64,000 bases of DNA from Saccharolobus solfataricus P2 (GTDB lineage Archaea; Thermoproteota; Thermoprotei_A; Sulfolobales; Sulfolobaceae). Location: the NCBI RefSeq assembly GCF_000007005.1, contig NC_002754.1, one strand, 5' to 3'. The notes beneath the pieces are model-generated. The model made no database searches, was not told the DNA's origin, and saw only the letters and a list, made by a program, of their open reading frames with translations. Below are positions 22,583 through 32,410 of this stretch, in pieces. Within the stretch, counting starts at the first letter, position 1. Each line of letters begins with the position of its first letter. A program made the position numbers and the translations under genes.

Positions 22583-23812
22583 ATGACTCTAGGTATTGCA
22601 TTCGTAGGAAGTGGGTTTTCGGCTAAGTTTCATTTAAGGGGATTAGTGGGAGTTAGAAATGTAGAAGTCAAGGGAGTATATTCAAGAAATCTAAACTCAT
22701 CTAAAGAATTCGCTATGTTATCTGAGCAATTAGGATTAGGGAAACCTAAAGTGTATAGTGATATAAGTAAAATGCTCTCTGATAAGGAGATTAATGCAGT
22801 ATGGTTAACCGTTCCCAATGACGTACATTTAGAATACACAAAGTTAATTGCTGAAGAGGTTTCTCAAGGAAGGTCCAATATACACGGAATAACGATAGAG
22901 AAACCACTGGCAAGAAACGTGAAGGAAGCTAAGGAGATGATTAGATTAGTAGAGAAGGCTGGGCTATTGCATGGATATTTGGAGAATCAAATCTTTATGC
23001 CATCTGTAGTGAGGGCTAGAGAAGCTATTTGGGAGATTGGATCGAGGAATTCTGGAAGGCCATATTTAGCAAGAGCAGCTGAAGAGCACTCTGGTCCTCA
23101 TAATAGCTGGTTTTGGAGACCGACTATTTCCGGTGGAGGGGCATTAATAGATATGACTTGCCATAGTTTAGAGGCAACTAGATTTTTACTTACTGACCCA
23201 GCAAAGACTAAATCCTCACTTAAGCCGAAAACTGTATATGCGGAGACAAAAACGTTGAAGTGGAATAAGAAAGAGTACGCTCAATATTTAAAGGAAAAGT
23301 ATAACGTGGACTTCTTAAAGGAACCGGCTGAGGATTATGCACTAACCATAGTAACTTATGAGGACGATTTAGGTAATTCTGTATTGGCGGAGACTAGAAC
23401 TTCGTGGAACTATGTTGGGCCTGGGCTTAGGTTATCAGTAGAAGTGTTAGGACCAGAATACAGTGTTAATATCAATACTCTACAATCTGAACTTTCAGTG
23501 TTCTTTAGCAGGAACATTAAACTTCCCCAGTCTGAAGCTTTCGTCGAGAAACAAAATGCTGATCAAGGACTTATGCCGATTATACTTGATGAGGCAGTGG
23601 TTTACGGATATCAAGGAGAGGATAGGCATATGGTTGAGTCTTTTATATCCCGTAAGATGCCTTTTGAGAATTGGTATGATGGATTATTAATAGTCCAACT
23701 TATGATGCATGCCTACCTTTCAGCTGAAAATGGGAGGAAGATTAGTTTTGATCCGCAAAAAGTAGAGGACTTCATACCTAAAGTAGCTAGAGGATTATAT
23801 TCTGCCTTTTAA
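22583..23812 (+). CDS. Gfo/Idh/MocA family oxidoreductase
   Basis: GSGFSA, EKPLA and GGGALIDMTCH motifs. Confidence 0.9.
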   Translation: MTLGIAFVGSGFSAKFHLRGLVGVRNVEVKGVYSRNLNSSKEFAMLSEQLGLGKPKVYSDISKMLSDKEINAVWLTVPNDVHLEYTKLIAEEVSQGRSNIHGITIEKPLARNVKEAKEMIRLVEKAGLLHGYLENQIFMPSVVRAREAIWEIGSRNSGRPYLARAAEEHSGPHNSWFWRPTISGGGALIDMTCHSLEATRFLLTDPAKTKSSLKPKTVYAETKTLKWNKKEYAQYLKEKYNVDFLKEPAEDYALTIVTYEDDLGNSVLAETRTSWNYVGPGLRLSVEVLGPEYSVNINTLQSELSVFFSRNIKLPQSEAFVEKQNADQGLMPIILDEAVVYGYQGEDRHMVESFISRKMPFENWYDGLLIVQLMMHAYLSAENGRKISFDPQKVEDFIPKVARGLYSAF

Positions 23813-23896
23813 AAAAATACATTTAATAGCATAACTGATAAGTTTGGAGTTTCTATACTGTAATTACAGAAAATGTACTTTTTACTTAGTATGATG

Positions 23897-23913
23897 AAAG
23901 TAAAGTTTTTAAG
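23897..23913 (+). promoter_or_regulatory. BRE-TATA promoter with no downstream protein-coding ORF
   Basis: AAAGTAAAG-TTTTTAAG, the same pattern as the promoters at 24112 and 27674; predicted start near 23936. Confidence 0.55.
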
Positions 23914-23935
23914 CATAGATTTTCAATATGTATTT

Positions 23936-24010
23936 ATGGGATAGGGCCAGGACAAATGGGGTAGTAAAGGGGGTTATGGGGATTTAACGGGGAGTTGTCC
24001 TGGCCTCCCT
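23936..24010 (+). ncRNA. Candidate structured ncRNA: 11-bp hairpin enclosing four G-tracts
   Basis: GGCCAGGACAA (23945-55) pairs with TTGTCCTGGCC (23995-24005); the loop has G4-N7-G5-N4-G4-N7-G4; the only reading from the start is ATG GGA TAG. Confidence 0.45.
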
Positions 24011-24143
24011 TTCAAGAGATAAGGTTTGAACTCTTTTAAATGGGTTAATATAGTTATCCTTTACTTGTTAAGTTTACCAAGAACTGTATTACGAAAAGAC
24101 TATCGTAATAAAGTTTTTATAAATAAAGAGCATATCTTAACTC

Positions 24144-26315
24144 ATGGCAAGAGAAATAGGAAGACCCGTTAAGAGGATAATAGAAGATCCCTCTTTAATT
24201 ACCGGAAAAGGCAGATTTGTATACGATATTGACTTTAAGGGTACGCTTTACGCAGTATTTATAAGAAGCCAGTATTCACATGCAAAGATAAAGAGTATAA
24301 GATGCCCAGAAGGTGCGTTGTGCTACACCGCTAAGGATTTACCAGAGCTCATCGGATTAGCTAAAGAAGAGGCAATTTACCAAGGGCAACCATTAGCAGT
24401 TGTTTTAGCTGAAGATGAATACAAGGCTAGGGATTTAGCTGAACAAGTGGAAGTGGAATACGAACCATTACCTTCAGTTATTAATGTTGAGGAAGCTTTG
24501 AAAGATGTTAAAAAGGCTAAAAGTGATTTAAGCTCAAATATTGTATTACAAGATAATGTAGAGATAGGAGATGTAAATTCCGCATTTAAAAAAGCTTATA
24601 AGGTAGTTGAAGCCGAGATCATAAACCAAAGAGTAATTCCATCAGCAATGGAACCTAGGGGCGCTGTAGCGTACTTTGATGGAAGAAGACTAACGGTATG
24701 GAGCAGTACACAGAATGTATTTGGATTAAAGGACACTCTTTTACAATTCTTATCTAAGTATGGAGTAAATGATGTGAGGGTAGTCCAGCCTTTTGTCGGA
24801 GGAGCATTTGGTAGCAAAATCTACATTTATCCCGAAGAGGTTATAATATCCTATTTGGCAGTTCTTACTGGGAAGCCTATAAAGTGGTTTAATACTAGGA
24901 CTGAAGAGTTTATGTCGACAAATCACGGAAGGGACATGAGATTAAAGTTTAAGGCTGCCTTTGATAAGGAGGGTAAGTTATTGGGGATAGAAGGAACTTT
25001 GATCATGGATTTAGGTGCTCCAATAATGGAGATTTATGAGGATTCCTTCGGAATGGCTACTACGGCAGCTAGATTATTGGTCGGCAGATATAAGGTTAAT
25101 GCCATAAAGGTTAAGGTATTAGGTATTGCCACTAATAAGACATTTATAGGTCCCTATAGGGGTGCTGGTAGACCTGAGGCTACTTACTTCATAGAGAGAA
25201 TTCTTAACCTTGGAGCTAGAGCTTTAGGTGTTGATCAATTTGAGATTAGAGAAGTTAATATAATTGATGAGGTAAGTCACTATAATACTCCAACTGGAAT
25301 GTATTATGATAGCGGAAAATACAGGGAGGCATTAAAAATCGCTAAACCGTCTTATCATGAGCTATTAAGAAAACGTGACGAGTTAAGGGCTAAGGGTAAG
25401 TTAGCTGGAGTGGGAGTAGCTATTGTATCAGAGATAGCGTCCTTCGGGACAGGTACTGCTAGGGTTCAACTTACACCAAACGGTAGGATTCAAGTAGTGA
25501 GTGGGTTTACTCCGCATGGGCAAGGAGACGCTACTGCATTTGCACAAATAGCAGCTGAGGTATTCGACGTTGATGTAGGTAAAGTTGATGTGTTATGGGG
25601 AGATACGGATTTAATATCTCATGGAGGTTTAACTGGCGGCAGTACAACTTTAACAGTTGGAGGTTCTGCAGTATACGAAGCCTCAATAAGATTAAAAGAG
25701 AAGTTGCTTAGAGTTGTAGGTGAAAAGTTAGGTGTAAGGCCTGAGGAAATAGAGTATAAGAATGGGAAGTTCTACCATAAAAAGGGCGAAATGAGTTTAG
25801 CTGATACCGCTAGGGAAGCATTACGTATGGGAGTATATCCAGAGGAGCAATATTCTTACACAATTAGACCTTATACCTCTCCCTATGGAATACATATGGC
25901 ACTGGTGGAGGTAGATAGGGAGACTGGATTTGTAAAAGTATTGGAGTACAAGGCGTTTGACGATGTGGGAGTTGTTGTAAATCCACTTTTAGCTGAGGGA
26001 CAAGTTCATGGAGGTGCTCTTCAAGGTATTTCCCAAGCACTATATGAGGAAACTGTTTACTCACCAGAGGGTTCATTAATAACTTCTAACTTCTCCGATT
26101 ACGTTATTCCCACTGCTATGGAAGCTGTTAAAGTGGAGTGGAAGTCTCTAGCACTGGCTAAATCAGACACCCCATTAGGGTCTAAGGGAATAGGAGAACT
26201 GCCAACCATTGCATCAACTCCAACAATTCTTCACGCTGTAGAAGACGCCATAGGTAAAAACATCTATACAATGCCAACTAAACCAGAATTAATTTTAAAA
26301 CTTTTAAATAGCTAA
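24144..26315 (+). CDS. cutA: Xanthine dehydrogenase-family molybdopterin-binding large subunit (CutA/CoxL-like aldehyde oxidoreductase)
   Basis: GGAFGSK, YRGAGRPE, TPHGQG, GQVHGG..QG and KGIGE motifs. Confidence 0.9.
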   Translation: MAREIGRPVKRIIEDPSLITGKGRFVYDIDFKGTLYAVFIRSQYSHAKIKSIRCPEGALCYTAKDLPELIGLAKEEAIYQGQPLAVVLAEDEYKARDLAEQVEVEYEPLPSVINVEEALKDVKKAKSDLSSNIVLQDNVEIGDVNSAFKKAYKVVEAEIINQRVIPSAMEPRGAVAYFDGRRLTVWSSTQNVFGLKDTLLQFLSKYGVNDVRVVQPFVGGAFGSKIYIYPEEVIISYLAVLTGKPIKWFNTRTEEFMSTNHGRDMRLKFKAAFDKEGKLLGIEGTLIMDLGAPIMEIYEDSFGMATTAARLLVGRYKVNAIKVKVLGIATNKTFIGPYRGAGRPEATYFIERILNLGARALGVDQFEIREVNIIDEVSHYNTPTGMYYDSGKYREALKIAKPSYHELLRKRDELRAKGKLAGVGVAIVSEIASFGTGTARVQLTPNGRIQVVSGFTPHGQGDATAFAQIAAEVFDVDVGKVDVLWGDTDLISHGGLTGGSTTLTVGGSAVYEASIRLKEKLLRVVGEKLGVRPEEIEYKNGKFYHKKGEMSLADTAREALRMGVYPEEQYSYTIRPYTSPYGIHMALVEVDRETGFVKVLEYKAFDDVGVVVNPLLAEGQVHGGALQGISQALYEETVYSPEGSLITSNFSDYVIPTAMEAVKVEWKSLALAKSDTPLGSKGIGELPTIASTPTILHAVEDAIGKNIYTMPTKPELILKLLNS

Positions 26316-26393
26316 TCATTATATGTTTTTTCCAAAAATTTTAAAGGGAATAACTTTAAAAGATTAAACTATTAATTCCCATTATGACCTCTG

Positions 26394-27527
26394 TTGAAGA
26401 CACTGAGACTCTACTCACTGCTTAACAATTTGGCTATTAGTCTCGTAAATCCCTTCATATCATTCTTTACTGCATCCAATGGAATAACGGGTGCATTATT
26501 GGCAATAGCATCCTCTGCTAATACTGCGTTTCCAGGGATAATCCAATATGCGTTAGCAAATCTGTACATAAAAGCAAAAAAGTTAATTACAATTGGAAGT
26601 TTGTTTGGGGGTTTACTGTGGATATTAATAGGGGTTTACATGATATACAATGAATATTTCGTGTTGGTTTACTCTATTATAACTGCTGTTCTTGGTGCAG
26701 CGAACTTCGGTTGGTTACTCATTTTGGATAAAATAAGTACAACTCATAGGGGAAGAACGTTAGCGTACTATAACTTTTACGCCTCAATAGGTGGTTTAAT
26801 AGCTACCTTAATAACTGGATTTATCGTAGGTAATAATTTAGACTTAATGCGGTACTTCTTTATCATCGCTGGTTTAATATACGTTTTTAACGCTTACGTA
26901 ATTTACAATTCCGATGTTGACGCGGAATTTGCAAGGGGTAATGGTATAAGATTGTTTTCATCAAATCTTGAAGTGAGAAAATTCATCTTGACTAACTTCA
27001 TCTTCACGTTTGTATGGTCAATGGCGTGGCCAATTTTTCCGTTAGCTCAAGTATATAAGTTCCATATGAACGAATTTCAGGTTGCTATAATTAACGTTAC
27101 AGGTGGAACTTCCACCCTAGCATTACAGAGGCTCGTGGGTAGATTAGTTGACAGACATAGAAAATACGTTATGTTCTTTGGTAGATTTGCCTTAGCAACT
27201 TTCCCACTTGCATATGCATTTTCCACCACACCTTACGAGATATATATTGCTAATCTAGTTTCTGGATTTACTAACTCTGCCTCAATCTCTTACACTGCGT
27301 TCCTATTTGACCACTCTAGCTATTACGAAAAGAGAATCAACATAGCTTTATACAATATGTTTAATGGAATCGCCGCGCTTTTAGGTTCAACAATTTCAAG
27401 TGTGATGTTCAATGTTATTTCAGATTGGTTCAGTCTAGTAGTTGCCATAAATATCATGTTAATTGGGATAGGGGTAATGAGAATATTAATGTCACTACTC
27501 TATTTGAAAATAAAAGAGGTTTCTTAA
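26394..27527 (+). CDS. MFS transporter (paralogue of lacTr)
   Basis: About 12 TM segments; shares NPFISFF/SPFISFV and WPIFPLAQVYKFHMN with 36032..37183; TTG start. Confidence 0.85.
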   Translation: MKTLRLYSLLNNLAISLVNPFISFFTASNGITGALLAIASSANTAFPGIIQYALANLYIKAKKLITIGSLFGGLLWILIGVYMIYNEYFVLVYSIITAVLGAANFGWLLILDKISTTHRGRTLAYYNFYASIGGLIATLITGFIVGNNLDLMRYFFIIAGLIYVFNAYVIYNSDVDAEFARGNGIRLFSSNLEVRKFILTNFIFTFVWSMAWPIFPLAQVYKFHMNEFQVAIINVTGGTSTLALQRLVGRLVDRHRKYVMFFGRFALATFPLAYAFSTTPYEIYIANLVSGFTNSASISYTAFLFDHSSYYEKRINIALYNMFNGIAALLGSTISSVMFNVISDWFSLVVAINIMLIGIGVMRILMSLLYLKIKEVS

Positions 27528-27697
27528 ACATCTACTTTGTGGACTTATTGAACTTTCCGGAGTATTCAAGGATCAATACGAATCCAAGTTGTGTACCTAT
27601 ACATTAATTGAAACAAGTATGATTGTAGCTTAATAAAAAATATCCAATAGATCAACAAAGCATCTCTTCAAATAAAGTTTTTAAATCCAATAATTAA

Positions 27698-28789
27698 GTG
27701 TTAGCTATGAAATTAGGAATTGTAGGACTGGGAGGATGGGTAACTGGTGCTCATATTCCAGCACTAACTGACCTAGGAATAAAAGTGGATTATTGTGCAG
27801 ATATAGATGAAAAAAGAGTGAAAGATCTCTCTCAAAAAACGGGGTGTAAAGGTTATTTAGATTATAAAGAAATGTTAAGGAATGAAAATCCAGACCTTGT
27901 TTTAGTAGCAGTACCCCATAGCCTTCACGCAATTATAGCATTAGATGCCATAAATAATGATGCTAATGTTTACGTGGAAAAACCAATGGCTACTTCATTT
28001 CAAGAGGCTTTAACACTAGTAGAAGCTTCGAGGAAAAGAAATAAGATATTAGTTGTAGGTCATGAAAATAGGTTTAACCCAGCAATGTTAATTGCTAAGA
28101 AATTGATAAGAGGTGGTGAAGTAGGTAAAATATACCACATGAGAGGATTTTATATAAGACAGAGAGGAATACCTACATCACCAACCTTCATTAAAAAGGA
28201 TTTAGCAAAAGGTGGGGCAGTATTTGATATAGGTACACACATCATAGATTTATTACTTTTCCTCTCAGATTTCCCAACGCCTAAAAGTGTTACAGGTAAG
28301 ACATATAATGCTTTCTCTGAGGACAAAACTAAGTTCTCTGCTTATCCCTCGCCTAACTTGCCTAACTTTAAGGTTGAGGTTGAAGATTTTGGCTCAGCCT
28401 TTTTAAAATTAGGAGACGAGATATCAGCATACGTGGAGGTGAGCTGGGCTTCATATATAAAAGAAAACAAAATGGAAGTAGTGATTTTGGGCGATAATGG
28501 TGGAATACATATAGATAATGGAGTGTTAAATTTCATGCGGAATATAGAGGATGAACTCTTCATCAGTAGCCCTTTAACTCAACAAAAAGGAAGCGTATAT
28601 AGAGAGGTGTGGAGAACTGTAATGGAATCCATTTCAAAAGGATTTCCAGAATACCCATTGTGTTCAGCAGAACAAGGTGCAATAGGAGTAGCAATACTGG
28701 AAAGTATATATAAATCAGCTTTAGAAGGTAGAGAAGTAAAAATAGATATTCCACAATGGTTCCTTAAACAGTTTCAACCAAGAGCTTAA
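27698..28789 (+). CDS. Gfo/Idh/MocA family oxidoreductase; likely start ATG 27707
   Basis: GLGGW, EKPMA and GGAVFDIGTH motifs. Confidence 0.9.
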   Translation: MLAMKLGIVGLGGWVTGAHIPALTDLGIKVDYCADIDEKRVKDLSQKTGCKGYLDYKEMLRNENPDLVLVAVPHSLHAIIALDAINNDANVYVEKPMATSFQEALTLVEASRKRNKILVVGHENRFNPAMLIAKKLIRGGEVGKIYHMRGFYIRQRGIPTSPTFIKKDLAKGGAVFDIGTHIIDLLLFLSDFPTPKSVTGKTYNAFSEDKTKFSAYPSPNLPNFKVEVEDFGSAFLKLGDEISAYVEVSWASYIKENKMEVVILGDNGGIHIDNGVLNFMRNIEDELFISSPLTQQKGSVYREVWRTVMESISKGFPEYPLCSAEQGAIGVAILESIYKSALEGREVKIDIPQWFLKQFQPRA

Positions 28790-31355
28790 AGCTCTTCTTA
28801 TCTATTTTATCCAGATCAATTTCGTAAAGATTATCATTTTTATCAATCAAAACCACCTTAGACTCTAAGACAACTACGTTTCTCCTTCCAATCGTGTAGA
28901 CCTTTATTAAACCTCTATTAGTTTCTACGTCCCATTCCAATTGATCACCCTTTATATTAATTCCATTTATTTTCTTAACTAGGAATATTAAATTATTATA
29001 AGCTAATGCATTCTCTAATACTTTACGAGAGTTTTCTTCTAGTTTAGTGTAATCCTCTATCAAGAATATCTCCTTACCGCTCTCGTCATAAAGACCTATA
29101 AACGTCGGTTTAGTTATTGGAAATAACATTTTTGGCACTAAAGCCTTGTAGACCTTCCCTTTATAAATAACATCTACGGTACTTCTCCTAATTGATTGAT
29201 TTATCTTCACATTGCTAGTATCAATAAGATTTGTAATAATTTTTTCTTCTTCGCTATTGCGTTTCATTCTGGAAAAGATATTTTCCTCATTAATTTGTTC
29301 CTTAAACATTTTATAAAATTCCCCTTTCTTATTTAACAACTCAATTGGTTTTCCTTCCTCCACCACTTTACCATTACTTAAGACTATAACCTTATCTGAA
29401 TTCATAACCTCATGCACGTTATGCGTTATCATTATCACCGTCTTACCCTTAGAGACATCTATCATTGTTTCATAAACTTCTCTCTCACTTGTAACGTCCA
29501 AATTAGAAGTTGCCTCATCGAATATTAACACGTCAGGATTCTTTATAATTGCCCTCGCAATACTTAACCTCTGTCTCTGCCCTCCTGATAGGTACGTTCC
29601 CCTTTCCCCTAAAATTGTATCATAAGCGAATGGTAACTTAACTATCTCATCATGGATTTTGGCAATTTTACACGCTCTAATTATGTCAATCTCGCTTACA
29701 TTATCTGTTCCATATGCAACATTATATCCTACCGTGGTATCGAATAATACTACGTCTTGAGGTACGTAGGCTACTTTCCTTCTTAAATAATTTAAATCTA
29801 TTTCTCTAATATCTATACCATCAATTAGAATTCTACCCTCATTAACGTCATAGAACCTCAGAAGTAGTTTAGCTATTGTGCTCTTTCCAGAACCGCTTTT
29901 ACCAACAATTGCGACTTTCTCCCCTGGCTTTATGCCAATATTGATATCCTTAATTACAGGGAAGTGTGGATCATAACCGAAGTAAACATGTTCAAAACGT
30001 ATCTCAGCAGGCATATTAGGTCTCTTAGGGTTTTCCGGATTTGTTATTTGAGGTTTGGCTTCTAATACTTCCCTAATCCTCTCTGCAGAAGTTAATGATT
30101 GTTGTATGAATGGTAAGACGTTACTTAGATTATTGATTGGTCCATAAAACTGAGAAACGTAAGCTATAAACGCTGTTATTACGCCTATTTCTATAATGCC
30201 AGAGATTACCTCATGTCCTCCTACCCACCATATTAATACAGTTGAGAGATTAACTATGAATCCCATTAAAGGCCAGTATACGGAGTTCATCTTATTAATT
30301 GCAACACTGGATTCGTAAAGCTTATTCAGCATTTCCCTTAGCCTTTTGGACTCATATTCCTCTTTGGAAAAAGATCTAACAACGAGGAAGTTGGGTATGG
30401 TATCATTTATTCTAGAGGTAATATCAGCACTTCTTCTCCAATTTCTATGATAGAGCCTATGTGACTTTCTTCTATATGAGATTATCAGATATATAATTGC
30501 GGGTACTGGGATTAATATGAAAGCTGCTAACGTAGGATTTAATGTAAATAAAATAACTCCTATTCCAATTATTGTAAATAAGTTCGTAACAAGTGTGGGT
30601 AACCCCCAAACCAATAGCCAGTTTGTATTCCCAGCGTCAGTTGTAAGTCTAGAGAGTATCCTACTAGGAGATATTCTCTCTATAAATGAATAATCGTGAT
30701 TAATCGCATGTTTGTAAAGTATTTCCCTTAAATCGTTTATTATTCTAGAACCGAGATTGTTTAGTATTCTATTCTGAATAGATGACAGTAAGGCTAGTGC
30801 CGAATACGATACTATTAAATATATTATAATGTTAATGAAGAGAGTAGAAGGATGAGATGGCGATAACAATACGCTATCTATTAATATTTTAAGTAAGTAT
30901 GGAGGAACCAAATTAAGACCAGTAGTAATTAAGGAGAGAGTAGCGCCAACTATCATGGTCTTTCTATATCTAGAAGCAATGGTCCAAAGCCACCTTAGTG
31001 TACTTACACCAACTTTTGTAGTCTCTTCTCTCTCCTCATCCTTTACTTCTATCTGCTCACCTTTATTAAACGCGTCAATGACCTTCTTGAATAATTCCTC
31101 TTTTCTCTTGGTAAAATAAGCAATCTCAATTTCCTTACCGTCAGAAGTATAGCCTATTAACTTATCAACACTTATACCGGTCTCTAATGAGAGTTTTATC
31201 ACATTCTCTATACGAAATATTTCTTTATCGCCGTCGAAAACCAATATCTTATTGCCGTCAATTTGGACCAACTCTTCTTTCAAATTCAAATCTTTATCCA
31301 AATCGGTCTTAACTTCTGCCTTGAACTTCGAAGTCACTATAGATGCTTTCTTCAC
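28764..31355 (-). CDS. ABC exporter (TMD+NBD) with extra N-terminal domain and C-terminal DUF1854-like domain
   Basis: GKSGSGKS, VPQD, LSGGQRQR, LIFDEATS and ITH motifs; C-terminal FPIT..P..FIGL.DESGKEI...EWDVETNRG...DKKS pattern. Confidence 0.85.
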   Translation of the reverse strand: MKKASIVTSKFKAEVKTDLDKDLNLKEELVQIDGNKILVFDGDKEIFRIENVIKLSLETGISVDKLIGYTSDGKEIEIAYFTKRKEELFKKVIDAFNKGEQIEVKDEEREETTKVGVSTLRWLWTIASRYRKTMIVGATLSLITTGLNLVPPYLLKILIDSVLLSPSHPSTLFINIIIYLIVSYSALALLSSIQNRILNNLGSRIINDLREILYKHAINHDYSFIERISPSRILSRLTTDAGNTNWLLVWGLPTLVTNLFTIIGIGVILFTLNPTLAAFILIPVPAIIYLIISYRRKSHRLYHRNWRRSADITSRINDTIPNFLVVRSFSKEEYESKRLREMLNKLYESSVAINKMNSVYWPLMGFIVNLSTVLIWWVGGHEVISGIIEIGVITAFIAYVSQFYGPINNLSNVLPFIQQSLTSAERIREVLEAKPQITNPENPKRPNMPAEIRFEHVYFGYDPHFPVIKDINIGIKPGEKVAIVGKSGSGKSTIAKLLLRFYDVNEGRILIDGIDIREIDLNYLRRKVAYVPQDVVLFDTTVGYNVAYGTDNVSEIDIIRACKIAKIHDEIVKLPFAYDTILGERGTYLSGGQRQRLSIARAIIKNPDVLIFDEATSNLDVTSEREVYETMIDVSKGKTVIMITHNVHEVMNSDKVIVLSNGKVVEEGKPIELLNKKGEFYKMFKEQINEENIFSRMKRNSEEEKIITNLIDTSNVKINQSIRRSTVDVIYKGKVYKALVPKMLFPITKPTFIGLYDESGKEIFLIEDYTKLEENSRKVLENALAYNNLIFLVKKINGINIKGDQLEWDVETNRGLIKVYTIGRRNVVVLESKVVLIDKNDNLYEIDLDKIDKKSFKLLVETV

Positions 31356-31450
31356 AAATAGCCCTATTTTTTGATTTAACTTAAAAAGATTTCTATTACC
31401 GCACGATAAAAGGTAATGTTTAAATATTTAAAAAACAAGAGAATAGGACT

Positions 31451-32410
31451 ATGAAAATTGCTGTAGTTGGATGTGACGGCTTCGGAAAAGTACATTTAAG
31501 GGCTATGAGAAATATAAGTGGAATAGAGTATTATGTTTTCAGTAGGAACGAGGAAAAGGCAAGAGAATGTATGAAAGAGTTTAACGCTGAAGGTTATTTT
31601 ACAAGGTACGAGGACGTTATAAAATCGAATGTTGATATTGTTGACTTACTAGTGAGCCATGATCAGCATTACCCCATGGGAGTAATGGCAATGAAGGCTG
31701 GAAAGCACTTAATGTTAGAAAAACCAATAGCGAGAACAATAGAAGAGGCTATGGGATTGATAAACACTTCAAAAGACACCAAAAGAAAATTCATGGTTTT
31801 GGAGCAGTTCTACTTTGAATCATCAGTTAGAAAGGCTAAAGAACTTTTACCTAGATTAGGTAATTTATCCCTAATAATTGTGAGATCAATTCACTTGTAT
31901 CAACCAAAGGGGTGGAGGAGAGAAAAGGAGAAAATGGGAGGAGGAGCGCTTATAGATGGTGGAGTTCATTTCATAGATACATTGCTGAACTTAGGTGGGG
32001 AATACGAAAGTGTAAGGGGAGTTTGTGGAAAGTACTTCTCGGGAATAGAGGGAGAAGATCTAACCTTGGCTACCCTTAGGTTCAGGAAAGGACATCTAGG
32101 TTTATTAATGTATAGCTGGACAACTCCAAATCCTCCCAAAGTACCAGCATTTGAGATTTATGGCGAAAATGGGAGTATTATAGAAGATCCTAATACGAGA
32201 GTTATGGGGAAGGCTTATGGGGATCTAATATTGAACGTTGACGGTAAGGAGGAGAGAATAGAAGTCGAAAAGGTGAATCCAATAGAGGAGGAAATAAGGG
32301 GATTTGTAAAGGCAGTCAAAAATAATACCGAAGTACCTATGCCTCCTGAAATTGCCTTAAGGGATTTAAAGGCAGTCCTTGATATTTATAAGTCATGCGG
32401 ATATTCCTAA
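31451..32410 (+). CDS. Gfo/Idh/MocA family oxidoreductase
   Basis: GCDGFG, EKPIA and GGGALIDGGVH motifs. Confidence 0.9.
   Translation: MKIAVVGCDGFGKVHLRAMRNISGIEYYVFSRNEEKARECMKEFNAEGYFTRYEDVIKSNVDIVDLLVSHDQHYPMGVMAMKAGKHLMLEKPIARTIEEAMGLINTSKDTKRKFMVLEQFYFESSVRKAKELLPRLGNLSLIIVRSIHLYQPKGWRREKEKMGGGALIDGGVHFIDTLLNLGGEYESVRGVCGKYFSGIEGEDLTLATLRFRKGHLGLLMYSWTTPNPPKVPAFEIYGENGSIIEDPNTRVMGKAYGDLILNVDGKEERIEVEKVNPIEEEIRGFVKAVKNNTEVPMPPEIALRDLKAVLDIYKSCGYS

Noticed and set aside
23938-24039. Reading the G-rich hairpin as a decayed Gly-rich gene (GIGPGQMG**RGLWGF...)
   Set aside because: Tandem stops and no in-frame start; a perfect 11-bp stem is better explained structurally. Not fully excluded.
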